Positions 50,062 to 61,215 of a stretch of 64,000 nt of DNA are shown piece after piece. The DNA is from Porphyridium purpureum. Lineage: Eukaryota. Location of the stretch: the NCBI GenBank assembly GCA_008690995.1, contig VRMN01000004.1:930001-994000 (forward strand), read 5' to 3'. Within the stretch, counting starts at the first letter, position 1, and each line of letters starts with the position of its first letter. The position numbers were made by a program, and so were the translations under genes. The notes beneath the pieces are model-generated. The model saw nothing but the letters and a program-made list of their open reading frames with translations, made no database searches and was not told the origin of the DNA.

Positions 50062-50685
50062 TTATTGCAACACACAACATCCGCCCGCCTTCTGCTTCAC
50101 CGGCTCCGTCTGAGGCTTTGCCTGGGTCGCAGGCTTTGCCGCTTCCGCGGCCGGGGCCGGTGGCTTCTTCTCAGCGGGCGCGTCTTCTTTTCTACTCTGC
50201 TCGGGTTGGCTCACGGCGGCAGGTTGCTCTGCCGGTGGTGCCGGCGGCACTTCAGCAGCAGGCTCGGCGGGCTCCTCGGCCGGCGGCGGGGCCTCCGGTT
50301 CCGGTACCGCGCCCGGTGCCTCGGGCTCTTCGTCGCTACTTGAGCTCAGATCCCCAAAGATGTTCTTCTCATCGGGGGCTCCCAGCGAGGGGTGTAATTC
50401 GGCCCCCGAGTTCAAAATCTTGTCCGAGTCCGCGGGCGTGTGGTAGCCGTCCACCTTTCTGCTCACCTTGTCTGTGGTGGGCACGACGACCGAGTTCTTC
50501 TGCCGCATCGCGTCGAGCTCGATCTGGTTCTGGTTCATCTTCTCTTCCTGCTTCGCCGCGGCCGTGGTCGGCATCGGCGTGGCCGATCGGCCCGGCGCGT
50601 TTTGCAAGTTCACATTCTCCGGCAGCCGGCCCATGCGGTACCGCGCGTGCGAGTTTGGCCCGCCGCCATACTCCCCGCTATTCAT
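50062..50685 (-). CDS. Pro/Ala/Glu-rich protein ending in a CaaX motif
   Basis: 207-aa ORF with GC3-rich codons; C-terminus KQKAGGCCVLQ*. Confidence 0.7.
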   Translation of the reverse strand: MNSGEYGGGPNSHARYRMGRLPENVNLQNAPGRSATPMPTTAAAKQEEKMNQNQIELDAMRQKNSVVVPTTDKVSRKVDGYHTPADSDKILNSGAELHPSLGAPDEKNIFGDLSSSSDEEPEAPGAVPEPEAPPPAEEPAEPAAEVPPAPPAEQPAAVSQPEQSRKEDAPAEKKPPAPAAEAAKPATQAKPQTEPVKQKAGGCCVLQ

Positions 50686-51287
50686 CTTCTTCCCTCACAC
50701 GCTCCCCCGCGCCGCGCCCCGTCCCTCGCCTTCCCTCAACCCCCCGCCGCGTCCGTCGCCCTCCTCACCCGCAAACCCCAACCACCCTTTCCACAAACAC
50801 ACACTCTCTCTTCCCCAATCCCACCGCCGTCCGCGCCGTTCCCCTCCGCGTTCCCTCTAGCTCATCGATACCGCGCCGTCCCCCTCCCTCTCCGTCTTCC
50901 TCCCTCTCACATCCACTCCCTCAAACACCCCACCCACTCAAACACAACAACCCCCCACCATCACCACCACCACCACTCGCTTCGCCGCCTCTTCCGTCCC
51001 TTCCCAACACACTCTCGTATTTTCTTCCTTCCTCCTTCCTTCCTTCGTTCTCTCCTCTCTTACCACGTTGCTATTTTTTCACAGCTGGACACAGTACTAA
51101 AACAGCCAAAAATACCCAAACACCATACCACCAAACCACCATCCGAACCCTTGATTGCGTGCGCCTCTCTGTCACGTTCTCTTTCAGCCTCGAGACGGAT
51201 TCCCCCCTCTCCCGCGCCTTTTTTCTTTTGGGTTGTGCTTGTTGAAACGGTTCCGCTTCCATCATCACAAAAAAGGGCAGCTCCACG

Positions 51288-51290
<3 letters not shown>

Positions 51291-51320
<30 letters not shown>
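51291..51320. repeat. (CA)n microsatellite
   Basis: Seen directly. Confidence 0.9.
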
Positions 51321-51322
<2 letters not shown>

Positions 51323-51832
51323 CAATGAAAGCAAGCAAACCAAGGAACCAACGAATTTGGAACCGCGTCGTAGCGGTGCGGTATCGTGACAAGACTGACA
51401 CTGATGGAGAATGATACGCGAACGTGTAATGCGTATTGCACATGGAGTGATCGCTGCGCGCGGGTTGCCAAAAATAAGCGCGCCAGAGACACAAACCTGT
51501 CGTTGGTGGCATCGACACACAAACACGCTCACACGCTCGCACGCTCACACGCACGCGAGGATGTCGCATTGCATGGTCATCCTGAATCTTTTTTTAGACG
51601 CGGCACGAGTGAATCCACAGGAGCGTCGGCTCTGACTGAACCGTCGCGTCCTCAGAGTAGGGTACAGTGCGCGGACATTGGAACACGCACGCAAGGCGCG
51701 CGAAGGAGAGAAACCCTAGGCGATGCTTGTGTACAGTGAAAAGGTACAGTGGGTGATGATTAGGGTTTCTGGGAAGGCGGCGTTTGGCGAGGGCCGTGGG
51801 GTTTGCAGGGCGAGAGGAGGAGAGAAGAGGGA

Positions 51833-51835
<3 letters not shown>

Positions 51836-51863
<28 letters not shown>
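51836..51863. repeat. (GA)n microsatellite
   Basis: Seen directly, upstream of exportin-T. Confidence 0.9.
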
Positions 51864-51870
<7 letters not shown>

Positions 51871-52031
51871 AGAGAGAGGAAGCGCGAGGGACAGAAGAGG
51901 TGTGATGAGATATGGTGAATAGCATGCGTATGTTTGTGAGCTGACAGGGGACGGCGTGGAGCGGTGGGGTGGTGGAGTGGGAAGAACAAGAGGAATAAGC
52001 AGCAGAAGGGTGGGGCGGCCCGCGCAGTGCG

Positions 52032-55000
52032 ATGGATGATTTCGAGGCAGCCGTGCTGCTGGCGCTGAACCCGGCGGCCGATCGCGCGCTGGTGGGTCAG
52101 GCCGTGCGCTATACAGACGCGGTGCGCGTCTCGCCGGAGGGCTGGAGGTTCTGTCTGGAGAAGCTGATGCAGCCATACCAGGCCGCCACAAAGTTCTGGT
52201 GCCTGGGCGTGCTGGCAGAGCGCTACGTCGCAAGCAGCGCGCGCCGCCATGAGGCGCACACAGCCGCGGCCAGCAAGGATCATCCAAATGCGGCCGCGGA
52301 TCTTGTACGTAGTGGAAGTAGCACTGCGCCGCCGATATGCATCGTCTCCGATGATGTGATTCAGCCGCAGGACCGCGCGCTGTTTCGACAGGCCTGCCTG
52401 ATGTATCTGGCATTCTTGACGGAGCGCGAAGCGTCGGCGCCGAGCTTCCTGAAAAACAAGCTCGCTCAGCTGATTGCATTGGTGGTTCGCTACGACTACC
52501 CGCACGAATGGCCAAACGTGTTCTTCGAACTCATCCAGTTTGTCGAGAACGGCCCGGGCGCGCTAGCGACGCGCGTGGAGCTGTTTTTCCGCATCATGCG
52601 CGGTGTCGACGAGGAAGTCACGAGCTTGTCTGCCTTTCAGCAAAATAAGCATCACTCCATGACTGTTCGCGAAGGCCTGCGCTCATCGGCCATCATAGGA
52701 CTCACGAATATCTGGCACGGCTGCATCCGCACCGACGAACAGGCGAACGAGCGCTTTGCAGTGTGGGCGCTAGACACGCTCAAGCGGTACTCGGAATGGA
52801 TTGACATCACTTTGGTGTTGCAAGATAGCACCATTGGATTTATTTCGTCCATGCTGGGCGCCGAGCGTATGGGTCGATACAACAAGATTCACGCGTCGTG
52901 TGCATCTGCGCTGAGTGCGATTGTGAGCAAACGCATGGGTGTAGAAGATAAGATGAATTTATTGGAGCGTCTACAGGTACTCGACTTGCTGCGAGACATG
53001 ATCACGGACAAGGCGCTGCTAGAGGAGAGCGGCACGCACGAGGAGAGCGAGCTCGGCCTCCGGAGCGCTCGCGTAGAAATCGCAGCGGTGGTGAACAAGC
53101 TCGCGTCTGAGGCTCTTGAAGGGATGAAAGTGCTTCTTGATGATATACGCCCTGTCCACATTGTGCGCGCTGCACTCATGGTTGCCATTCGACTGCTGTC
53201 CGGCGAGGACGGAGAGCAAGAGGTGCTGGAGGAATCGGTCGCGCTGATCAGCTCGTATGTGCTCATCTGCAAGCGCGACGTGGCCGCAGTTTCAGGGTCG
53301 GGACCGGGCGCTCAGAATGGACGAGGACCTGAGCGTCCTGGAATCAATCTGGCGCAGGGACAGCTCGACAAGTTTAGCGACGACGATGGCTTGCGGCAAA
53401 TTTCGGTGGTAACGATGGAAAACATGCGCTTCCCAGACAATTACGACCCGGCTGCAAGTGAAGATGACGACCTCACGGGATTTGCGACATTGCGCAAGCT
53501 GCTTTTAAAGGTGTTCAGAAATATTGCTGTGGTGGCGCCTAACAGTATATTTGCCGCCACCCAGGATATGATCCGGCGTGTGCTTCGCGAGCCCAGCCCG
53601 GCCCCGGCGGACATGGAACTCGTTTTCACGCTCGTCCAGAACCTGTACGAACTAATGCCAGATAAGCCAGCCGCGCAGGAACTTGTGCTTGGCATTCTGA
53701 GCGCGCAGCAGTTCTCGCAAAGCATTGTGATGCGGTCGACGAGCAAAGCGTTAGGAAATTCATCGTCTTTCGCCGGCCCGGCGGCCGCAGTATCGAGCTC
53801 CGCCGGCCCACCAACGAGCACAGACGCTTCGCGTGATCACCAAATGGCCTCGGTTGCGCTCATGTACCTAGAGCTCGCGACTCGAGCGCATCGCCTGTTG
53901 CAGGAAGAACAGAACACAGCGACCTTGTTGCTGGTGCTCGAAACGTTTTTCGGGGAGCGCGGCCTACGGAGCCGGGACGGGTATACACGCAGTCGAAGTG
54001 CGCATTTGCTTGTGAAGTTTGTGCGCACGCTACGCTTTGTGATTTCCAGTAAGGCGCTCGACGCCGTGCTAAACACTATTACTCCGTTGCTTGCCATTGA
54101 GGACTCGAGCTTTTTGTCGGTCGAGGATGAGTACTCGTTGTTTGAGGCGTGTGGGTTAGTGCTTGGCGCGGCGGACATTGCTGGGGTTACCAGTGGCAGC
54201 GGGGACGAGCAGAATGCGCGAATGGCTATGTACTTGCGCGCGCTGCTTACGCCTCTGATCGCTGCAATGTCCGCGGCGGGCGGCTCGGGTCAAGAGGCAC
54301 TGGAGCGTGGCGTGCATAGTCTCAAGGCGGCTGGCGCGCTTTCCAAGGGCTTTGTTGCTTACGTTCCAATGAGTCCTACGAACTCGACGCCTCTGCACTC
54401 GCCGCGGTTGCTCGACTCGTCACCTTCAAAGTCGCAACCCTTTCAGCGGTCGCAGCAAGGCCAGCAGAGCGCGGATGGAGGGGCGAGCTCCATGAATGAT
54501 TCCGTCGCTGATATGCAGCGCACGGCAGCTGCAAAGACACTGTGGCTAGAATGTCTCGAGGCCGTCATGGCGCTTCGTTTGAGGTACCCGGCGCACCGGG
54601 AGCTCAACAAGGGCGTCCTCTTCTTTTATCACCGCATGGTCGAGACGGCAGGCGCAGATATTTTGCGCGGCTTTTCAGAGTCGATTGCCGCTTTGCTTGG
54701 TGGAGTGAGCTCGCCACCAGACATTATGGGTGTCTTGCTACTCGTGAATCAGGTGGTTCTCAAATTCCAGGCACAAGCCGCGGCGGTGCTGGACGAGTTG
54801 TTTGGGCCACTTGTGACGGTGTGCGTTCAGTACCTTCCAGATGTGTCTATGTGCGCCGAACCGAATGCTCCGCAGAGCGAGGAGGAAAGGGAGCGCATCG
54901 AACTTGTGCGAGCTTTTGTCATGCTCTTGTTCGTGGTGCTAGAGAGTCCGCTCGCGCCCGTGATGGTGAGTGCGCGAAACGTTCGCTTGCTGAAGGATGT

Positions 55001-55541
55001 GACCATGTTTGTACTGCAAACAGGTCACGGAAACTTTTTGGACGGCAAGGCAACGACCATGTCCACCGTGAGGCAGACGTTCCAAGTGGTGGTCGCGATG
55101 AGCAAATTGTGGATAACGTCGACGTCGCCCTTTGCGCGAGCTTCGGGAAGTGGGCCTGGCGAGGTGATGATTGCGGCGGCCTCGACTGCGCCCGCGGTGC
55201 TCAAGGAGGTAACAGAACTCGTGCTTGCGCATGCCGCGGGCATGTGTGTGCAGTGCGGCCAGCGGCTGGCGATGCTCATCTCCGCGCAAGTCGTGTCAGC
55301 GCATGCCGCGCGTTCAGTCGTGAAGGAAGTGGTTGCGCTGGAGGCCGCGCTGCTCGAATCTCCGCCATCCATCCACACGGCGTTCAACGACCAGCTGATC
55401 CGCGCGCTGTCTGCATCTGTGCCAGGCTACAGCGCAGACACACATAAGCAGTACACCGCCTTACTGCTCACCTCTGGCCGCGAAGACGACGCCACGCGCA
55501 TGCTCATGGCGATGATTCTGGCCGAGCGCACAGCGTCATAG
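52032..55541 (+). CDS. XPOT: Exportin-T (Los1/PAUSED)
   Basis: MDDFEAAV, FLKNKLAQL...YPHEWPNVF, YSEWIDITLV, RSRSAHLLVKFVR, FFYHRMVE. Confidence 0.88.
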   Translation: MDDFEAAVLLALNPAADRALVGQAVRYTDAVRVSPEGWRFCLEKLMQPYQAATKFWCLGVLAERYVASSARRHEAHTAAASKDHPNAAADLVRSGSSTAPPICIVSDDVIQPQDRALFRQACLMYLAFLTEREASAPSFLKNKLAQLIALVVRYDYPHEWPNVFFELIQFVENGPGALATRVELFFRIMRGVDEEVTSLSAFQQNKHHSMTVREGLRSSAIIGLTNIWHGCIRTDEQANERFAVWALDTLKRYSEWIDITLVLQDSTIGFISSMLGAERMGRYNKIHASCASALSAIVSKRMGVEDKMNLLERLQVLDLLRDMITDKALLEESGTHEESELGLRSARVEIAAVVNKLASEALEGMKVLLDDIRPVHIVRAALMVAIRLLSGEDGEQEVLEESVALISSYVLICKRDVAAVSGSGPGAQNGRGPERPGINLAQGQLDKFSDDDGLRQISVVTMENMRFPDNYDPAASEDDDLTGFATLRKLLLKVFRNIAVVAPNSIFAATQDMIRRVLREPSPAPADMELVFTLVQNLYELMPDKPAAQELVLGILSAQQFSQSIVMRSTSKALGNSSSFAGPAAAVSSSAGPPTSTDASRDHQMASVALMYLELATRAHRLLQEEQNTATLLLVLETFFGERGLRSRDGYTRSRSAHLLVKFVRTLRFVISSKALDAVLNTITPLLAIEDSSFLSVEDEYSLFEACGLVLGAADIAGVTSGSGDEQNARMAMYLRALLTPLIAAMSAAGGSGQEALERGVHSLKAAGALSKGFVAYVPMSPTNSTPLHSPRLLDSSPSKSQPFQRSQQGQQSADGGASSMNDSVADMQRTAAAKTLWLECLEAVMALRLRYPAHRELNKGVLFFYHRMVETAGADILRGFSESIAALLGGVSSPPDIMGVLLLVNQVVLKFQAQAAAVLDELFGPLVTVCVQYLPDVSMCAEPNAPQSEEERERIELVRAFVMLLFVVLESPLAPVMVSARNVRLLKDVTMFVLQTGHGNFLDGKATTMSTVRQTFQVVVAMSKLWITSTSPFARASGSGPGEVMIAAASTAPAVLKEVTELVLAHAAGMCVQCGQRLAMLISAQVVSAHAARSVVKEVVALEAALLESPPSIHTAFNDQLIRALSASVPGYSADTHKQYTALLLTSGREDDATRMLMAMILAERTAS

Positions 55542-55850
55542 CGCTCTCTCCCAGCTGCTCCCCGCTACTCCCGCCTGCTCCCGCGTCCACAGCATCGACC
55601 CCTCACGCACTGAACCTCAATGTACAGTTCGCCCTAATCGCTCTAGAGGTACACTCGATCATGCGCGCGATACTGTACACCCACCTGCAGCCGTTTGGTT
55701 GCGGGTCCAGCTGTGCGCGACACAACTGAAGCTGTAAGGATGCGGAGTGAGTCGGTGCTCGCGTTCAACGGTGTTGTCAGAGGGTGATCGACTGTGCACG
55801 TCTTATACTCGTGCGTGCAAGTCGTCGGCCCGCAGGTTGGGACCGCAGGT

Positions 55851-56726
55851 ATGGCGACCGCACGGTGTGCGTGCGACGCGTGCGACTCGTGCAAGCGGCG
55901 TGGCAAGAACTCGGACGACGGGTACATGTCGCGTGTACCGGAGAAGGATTACCGCTTGGACCGCAAGGCGCTCAGCATGGTGGATTTCGGGGTGGTCAGC
56001 GCAGGGCGAGACGCCGGACCGTCTGTCGCGGGGAGCGCAGGAAGAACCCAGCGGTCCCCACATGCGCGACGCCAGCAACAGGACGGCGCGGCGAAGCAGA
56101 ATCACGCGCTCGACCTGAACGACGCGGGACAAGGCGAGTCCGGGGTGAGGATAGGGCTCGGACCATCGCTTTCAATCGAGACTGGATCTTTGGGCAACGC
56201 GCGGCAAAGTATGAGCGGAGGGATTGTCTCAGAGCCTGGACACACCCAAGGCTCGCGCGCGAGGAAAACACAGAACCAAGGATCGCTGTCAAACGCAAGC
56301 TCGCAATCGCATCTTGACATCCTACTCAGCCCGAGGTACAGAAGATCATCCACGTACACGCAAGACTTGACAACCATCGAAGAAGTCGACAACGAGAATG
56401 AGGCAGACTCGGACGAGCCGGATTCCGGTGATGGAACTGAACAACAGCCCAGCTCCTCCAGCACTCACAGAGACTGCGCGGAGGACTTTGTTGCAACGCG
56501 CGCGCACGACGCCAGCATTATGGCCAAGGCCCCCATGGAGACGTCAAAGTCGCATGGCCTGCGCGCGCCATGGCATCGGCCGAAAAACAGGGAGAGGTTT
56601 GGCGTTGCGATGGGCTTGTCGAGAGGCCCGAATCTCAACGATAAGGACAGGGGTAATGAGACGAGTGCGCCCGCTGACCAAAATTCGCATTCGGCTCTTG
56701 ACATGAAGATATACTCACTGCCGTGA
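55851..56726 (+). CDS. Hypothetical disordered protein
   Basis: Long hydrophilic ORF filling the gap between two genes; start uncertain. Confidence 0.45.
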   Translation: MATARCACDACDSCKRRGKNSDDGYMSRVPEKDYRLDRKALSMVDFGVVSAGRDAGPSVAGSAGRTQRSPHARRQQQDGAAKQNHALDLNDAGQGESGVRIGLGPSLSIETGSLGNARQSMSGGIVSEPGHTQGSRARKTQNQGSLSNASSQSHLDILLSPRYRRSSTYTQDLTTIEEVDNENEADSDEPDSGDGTEQQPSSSSTHRDCAEDFVATRAHDASIMAKAPMETSKSHGLRAPWHRPKNRERFGVAMGLSRGPNLNDKDRGNETSAPADQNSHSALDMKIYSLP

Positions 56727-56797
56727 AGATTAAAGGCGGCAAGCTCAGTAAACCGAACAAAGCAGATTAAAGATCAAGTTTTAAGCGATGTCGGACC

Positions 56798-59248
56798 ATG
56801 TCCGGGGGGTTTTTTAAAGCTCGCTGTCAAACTGGAGCTTCGGCGCGGCCGAGCCGGAAGCCTATTCAATACCTGCCAGACTCAGACGAAGAGGCAGAGG
56901 CTCGTGCCACAACCGCTGCGTGGACCACTGTTGAGCAAACTGCCGCGAGTAGTGTCGCCGCCAACAAGGCGGGCACTTCGGCATGTGCAGGGCAAACTCG
57001 GGGCCAAGCGGACGTGCGTGTCCTCAGTGCGCGAGGAATAGTTGTGGATGAGCTCGCCGAAGTTGAAATCCATGCCGAGGTAGCGGCCAAGCTTATGCCG
57101 CACCAGGTAGAAGGCATCAAGTTTTTGTTCCAACGGTACTTGAAGAACGATGGCGGAGCGCTGCTCGCGGATGAGATGGGTCTTGGCAAAACTGCTCAGG
57201 CCGCAGTCTTCATGGCATTGGTCCACGAATACCGTATGAAAAGAGGGAAGTCGCGGCATCCAAGTTTGCTGGTAGTCCCACGCAGCTTGGTGACCAATTG
57301 GCTAGACGAGATGACCGTGTGGGCGCCTTCATTGCGCGTCGTGGAGTTTGCGAAGAGTAGGAAGGACGAGCTTGTGAGAAGTCTGTACAGAAAACGAGGC
57401 GCGGACGTTTTGATGTGTACGTACGAGGCGGTACGGGACCATACCGAATGGTTCGCGGAGGAAGTGAAGCTTTGGAGTTTGATGATCATGGACGAGATTC
57501 ATGTTCTGAAAAACCCAGACAGCGGGCTGTCCAAAGCACTGGCTACGATTTCGTGCAGCCGACGCTTTGGGCTGACGGGAACGCCCGTACAAAATAGCAT
57601 CATGGACCTGTATCAGATCTTGTGGCAATGTGTCTCGCACTCTGAACAATTTCCCACCGAAGCCGAATTTACGAGCTGGTATGCAGAGCCACTGACAAGG
57701 GGTCAGTATGCAAATGCGACGGGCGATGAAATGGAAGAAAAGCGGCGCGCAGAAGAGCAGCTTGAAAAGTTGAAGTCGTGTTACATGTTGCGTCGCCTGT
57801 CGAGAAATGTGCTACGTAATGTGCTTGGTGACAAGAGCGATCTCATCTTGGAATGCAAGGCTCCGAAGCAGCAGCTTGATCTGTTGCGTCGCCTCGAGGC
57901 TTCACTAGATTACGAATTTATTGCCGATTCTTTTGCGCACAGAAATGGCTCTGAACACGAGTACACCGAGTGGAAGGCAGAAATGGTGAGAAGGATGCAC
58001 GAAAATCCTGCGTCGAGCTCCGTCTGGCATGGGCAGCATGAGAGCGGCGCAATGTGCCCCAAATGCCCAATGTGTCTCGCCTTTCCGCTGATCCACTGGA
58101 TGATGAAAATATGCTCCTCATACAAGCTCATTTTACCAGACATTCGTGACCGTGAAACGGATCCAAAGAGGTACGCCAAAATGAAAGCAATGACGAGGTA
58201 CCTTTTAGGCGAGCATTACAAAAATTATGATCGCGATAGATTGACTGAGCACGATTTGGCGATGTCTGCGAAGCTGACGCTGCTAAGTCGCCTGCTGGAG
58301 AGCTACAAGAAGAACAATGAGAAAGTGCTCATCTTCAGCAATTTCACCAAGGTACTGGATGTGCTCAAGTATCTTTGCATAGATCGTGGCTATGTCTTTT
58401 CGCGCTTGGACGGCAACACAACGAACCGACAGGAGGTTGTGAATGACTTTAACAGCAAGGTGAGCTCATTTGTGTTCCTGATTTCGACACGGGCCGGTGG
58501 GATCGGGCTGAATATTACCTCAGCGTGTCGAGTGATTTTGTACGACCCTGGGTGGAATCCGAGCTTTGATCTCCAGGCGCAAGACCGCGCGTTTAGAATC
58601 GGACAGGAGAAGGATGTGATTGTCAGCCGTTTGATCGTCGCCAACACAATCGAGCAAGAGATCAACAAGCGACAAATTCTAAAGCTCCAGCTATCGCGAA
58701 GCGCGTACAATGAGCAAGATATCGACGAGGCAAGGTTTTTTCTCGAGGGCGATGTGCGCGGTATCCAGTCGCTCTTCAGCTACCAAGCTCATACGCAGAG
58801 CGGGGTGGAAAAGCCGTACCAAAAGAGAATGCGCGAGGTGAACGAGCAAGCATCGCAGGTGCTTGCAGAAGAAGGAGATGTTTGTGTGCAGGTGCTTACT
58901 CGTACAGCCGACGACAAGGGCGCGCTGCTGAAGCAAAGGGCGCCTGATCGACAACCCCCCTCCAGAGCTCAGCGCAATCGAAGCGAAAAGGCATCAAAAC
59001 GGCAGAGGCGTGGCATGATTAGCGACAGCGAAAGCGGTTCGGAACAAGCAAAGCCGAGTAATTTACTCAACCACCATCTTACAGAGTTAAGAGCACACGC
59101 GTCTACAGTTCTCGAGCAAGCGTGGATCGCGCTCGTAGAGGAAGAAAAGGTGCATCTTCGCGAGCTTTTGCCAAGCGTGAAAGGAAGCAAGCGCCTGCAA
59201 AACAGATTAACGTACTTGGCCCGGACGATTGCAAAAGAATTCGGATAG
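56798..59248 (+). CDS. ERCC6L2: SNF2-family ATPase, ERCC6L2/SWITCH2-like
   Basis: LADEMGLGKT, DEIH, LTGTPVQN, insert CPKCPMCL, GGIGLN, QAQDRAFRIGQ. Confidence 0.85.
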   Translation: MSGGFFKARCQTGASARPSRKPIQYLPDSDEEAEARATTAAWTTVEQTAASSVAANKAGTSACAGQTRGQADVRVLSARGIVVDELAEVEIHAEVAAKLMPHQVEGIKFLFQRYLKNDGGALLADEMGLGKTAQAAVFMALVHEYRMKRGKSRHPSLLVVPRSLVTNWLDEMTVWAPSLRVVEFAKSRKDELVRSLYRKRGADVLMCTYEAVRDHTEWFAEEVKLWSLMIMDEIHVLKNPDSGLSKALATISCSRRFGLTGTPVQNSIMDLYQILWQCVSHSEQFPTEAEFTSWYAEPLTRGQYANATGDEMEEKRRAEEQLEKLKSCYMLRRLSRNVLRNVLGDKSDLILECKAPKQQLDLLRRLEASLDYEFIADSFAHRNGSEHEYTEWKAEMVRRMHENPASSSVWHGQHESGAMCPKCPMCLAFPLIHWMMKICSSYKLILPDIRDRETDPKRYAKMKAMTRYLLGEHYKNYDRDRLTEHDLAMSAKLTLLSRLLESYKKNNEKVLIFSNFTKVLDVLKYLCIDRGYVFSRLDGNTTNRQEVVNDFNSKVSSFVFLISTRAGGIGLNITSACRVILYDPGWNPSFDLQAQDRAFRIGQEKDVIVSRLIVANTIEQEINKRQILKLQLSRSAYNEQDIDEARFFLEGDVRGIQSLFSYQAHTQSGVEKPYQKRMREVNEQASQVLAEEGDVCVQVLTRTADDKGALLKQRAPDRQPPSRAQRNRSEKASKRQRRGMISDSESGSEQAKPSNLLNHHLTELRAHASTVLEQAWIALVEEEKVHLRELLPSVKGSKRLQNRLTYLARTIAKEFG

Positions 59249-59451
59249 ATACCTTTGCCATCTCATGACACGCGTTGATTGGAGATGCGCTCGACTGCAC
59301 TAGTCGCACAAATTCGATCCTAGGGTCATAGCGCGCCACGCTCCTTCCTCCGTACCGAATGGCATCCGATCTTTCCATCTGATCGCATCAAGCGCGAAGG
59401 GGTCAACACAACCGCGATCAACCGAAGAATCTCCAACAGAGAGGTCCTCGT

Positions 59452-60105
59452 TCACTTATGAAATAGCCTTCTCTGCTGCCAAAGGGGCTGCGACACATTG
59501 CTCGAGTCACGTAAGGCCAAGAAACGGCCGATTCGAGAGTGTACCATCCAGTTCAACACCGCGCTTCCGACTTTGGAGGTGCACACGATCGACGCCGCTC
59601 CAGCCCCGAGCAACATACCAATGAGAGTTCCTACAAGCACTTGCGAGACGGTGTGGTATCCCAAGTAAACTCTGCTCAGTATTGCTAACAAGCTCACACC
59701 ACTGGATCCCAGCATGAGCACGACCGACTCGTGCACTGGCATCAACTGCCACTTTCTGGAATGCATCATGACGCCAAGATAGCACGCGAAGAACGCCATG
59801 AACTGTGCGTGCGCCGACGGCATGCCCAGCTCAAGATGGCCGTCGCCGTTCAGCAGCGCGGGAGACGTGTCCGGCCGCGGCTGCTGGATGACGATCTTGA
59901 ACACCATATTCAGCGCGTCGTTCACCAGCACACCAAGCAGCATGCATAGCACCTGCGCTTCGCGAGTGGCCAAACTCACGGCCACGAGCGCAACCACGAC
60001 AAAGACCGGCGCAAGCGACATGAGCGCCAGTACTTTGCCCCATTCGTCTCCCTTGTCGTACACGACATGCGTCCATTTCAACGCCACCTGTTCTCGTCCG
60101 TTCAT
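59452..60105 (-). CDS. DOLPP1: Dolichyl-diphosphatase (PAP2 family)
   Basis: THVVYDKGD, KIVIQQPRP, GMPSAHAQFM, SRVYLGYHT. Confidence 0.85.
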   Translation of the reverse strand: MNGREQVALKWTHVVYDKGDEWGKVLALMSLAPVFVVVALVAVSLATREAQVLCMLLGVLVNDALNMVFKIVIQQPRPDTSPALLNGDGHLELGMPSAHAQFMAFFACYLGVMMHSRKWQLMPVHESVVLMLGSSGVSLLAILSRVYLGYHTVSQVLVGTLIGMLLGAGAASIVCTSKVGSAVLNWMVHSRIGRFLALRDSSNVSQPLWQQRRLFHK

Positions 60106-60216
60106 TGCGTCTTTTCATCCGTTGCTGGATCGGAGAACAAGAGTCAGCACGCGTGCGAGTCAAACACTTGGGTCGGAATCTGGGCAGGTGAGGGGTGCAG
60201 GAACGCTCTGACGGCG

Positions 60217-61074
60217 ATGGCGCCGCCGGCCGGGAAGGGACTCAAGGATATCCGCAATGGCGCAGTGCTGCAGTGCGTGGAGGCAGCCACGCTGGGACTT
60301 CCTTTTGAGGTATGGAAGACAAGGATGGGGCGGATGCGCGGCGAGACCACTCTGCAAGCGTTTCGCAACATCTATGTCGAAAATGGCCGCGGCCTAGCAG
60401 GTGTATCTGCGTTTTGGAAGGGGATGGGTCCCAAAATGGTCGAATCGGCGTCCAAGGGCGCTGTGCTGCTGTTCTCGAAAGAGCTGATCAATACTGAACT
60501 ACTGCGTTTGGGTACCAGCCAGGGCGTTGCTGGCCTGGCGGCTGGCGCTGGCGGGGGTGTCTGTCAGACCGTTGTGATGGGACCCTGCACGTACGTCGTC
60601 ACTGCGCTGGTCACTGGCGATAAATCGAAATCCATGTCTCAGGTCATTTCATCCACGTGGCGAGAAAGAGGTTTGAAGGGCTTTTATCCAGGTGGTTCGG
60701 CCATCGCTTTCAGGCAGGCCACGAATTGGGCATCTCGGCAAGGATTCACCGACTCGATTCGTGTGCAAATGAAACGAAGGCTGCACGGTGATGAGAAAGC
60801 CAAGCTGACAGGACCGCAGGAAATTGTGTCTGGCGTGCTTGGAGGCATCTTGTCCGCATGGAATCATCCATTTGAGGTCGCGCGTATCGAAATGCAAGCG
60901 CGCGCAAATGCAGGTGAGGCCAAAATGAGTATGCTGCAAGTGTTCAGTATGGTGAGCAAGGAGCATGGCGTTGCGGGACTGTTCAAGGGCGTCGTGCCAC
61001 GCATCGGGCTTGGCGTGTGGCAGACGCTTTTTATGGTGAATGGCGCTCATTACATCAGGGAAAGGCTTGGATGA
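60217..61074 (+). CDS. YHM2: Mitochondrial carrier, Yhm2-like citrate/oxoglutarate carrier
   Basis: PFEVWKTRM, ESASKGAVLLF, RQATNWASR, HPFEVARIEMQ, PRIGLGVWQT. Confidence 0.85.
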   Translation: MAPPAGKGLKDIRNGAVLQCVEAATLGLPFEVWKTRMGRMRGETTLQAFRNIYVENGRGLAGVSAFWKGMGPKMVESASKGAVLLFSKELINTELLRLGTSQGVAGLAAGAGGGVCQTVVMGPCTYVVTALVTGDKSKSMSQVISSTWRERGLKGFYPGGSAIAFRQATNWASRQGFTDSIRVQMKRRLHGDEKAKLTGPQEIVSGVLGGILSAWNHPFEVARIEMQARANAGEAKMSMLQVFSMVSKEHGVAGLFKGVVPRIGLGVWQTLFMVNGAHYIRERLG

Positions 61075-61215
61075 AAGAAATACGTATTCACAGCTGAGCG
61101 ACCACATGATCACGCAAAACACTTTTCACAAATTTTCTTGCATCATCATGAACACCTCATGAGACATGCGACATCAATCTCCACGCATACAAGAAAAAGT
61201 TTGTCTTCTGACTCT

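Noticed and set aside
50049..51414. Long Pro/His-rich + strand ORFs (398 and 324 aa)
   Set aside because: Low-complexity, non-ATG starts, antisense to the CaaX gene and running through microsatellites.
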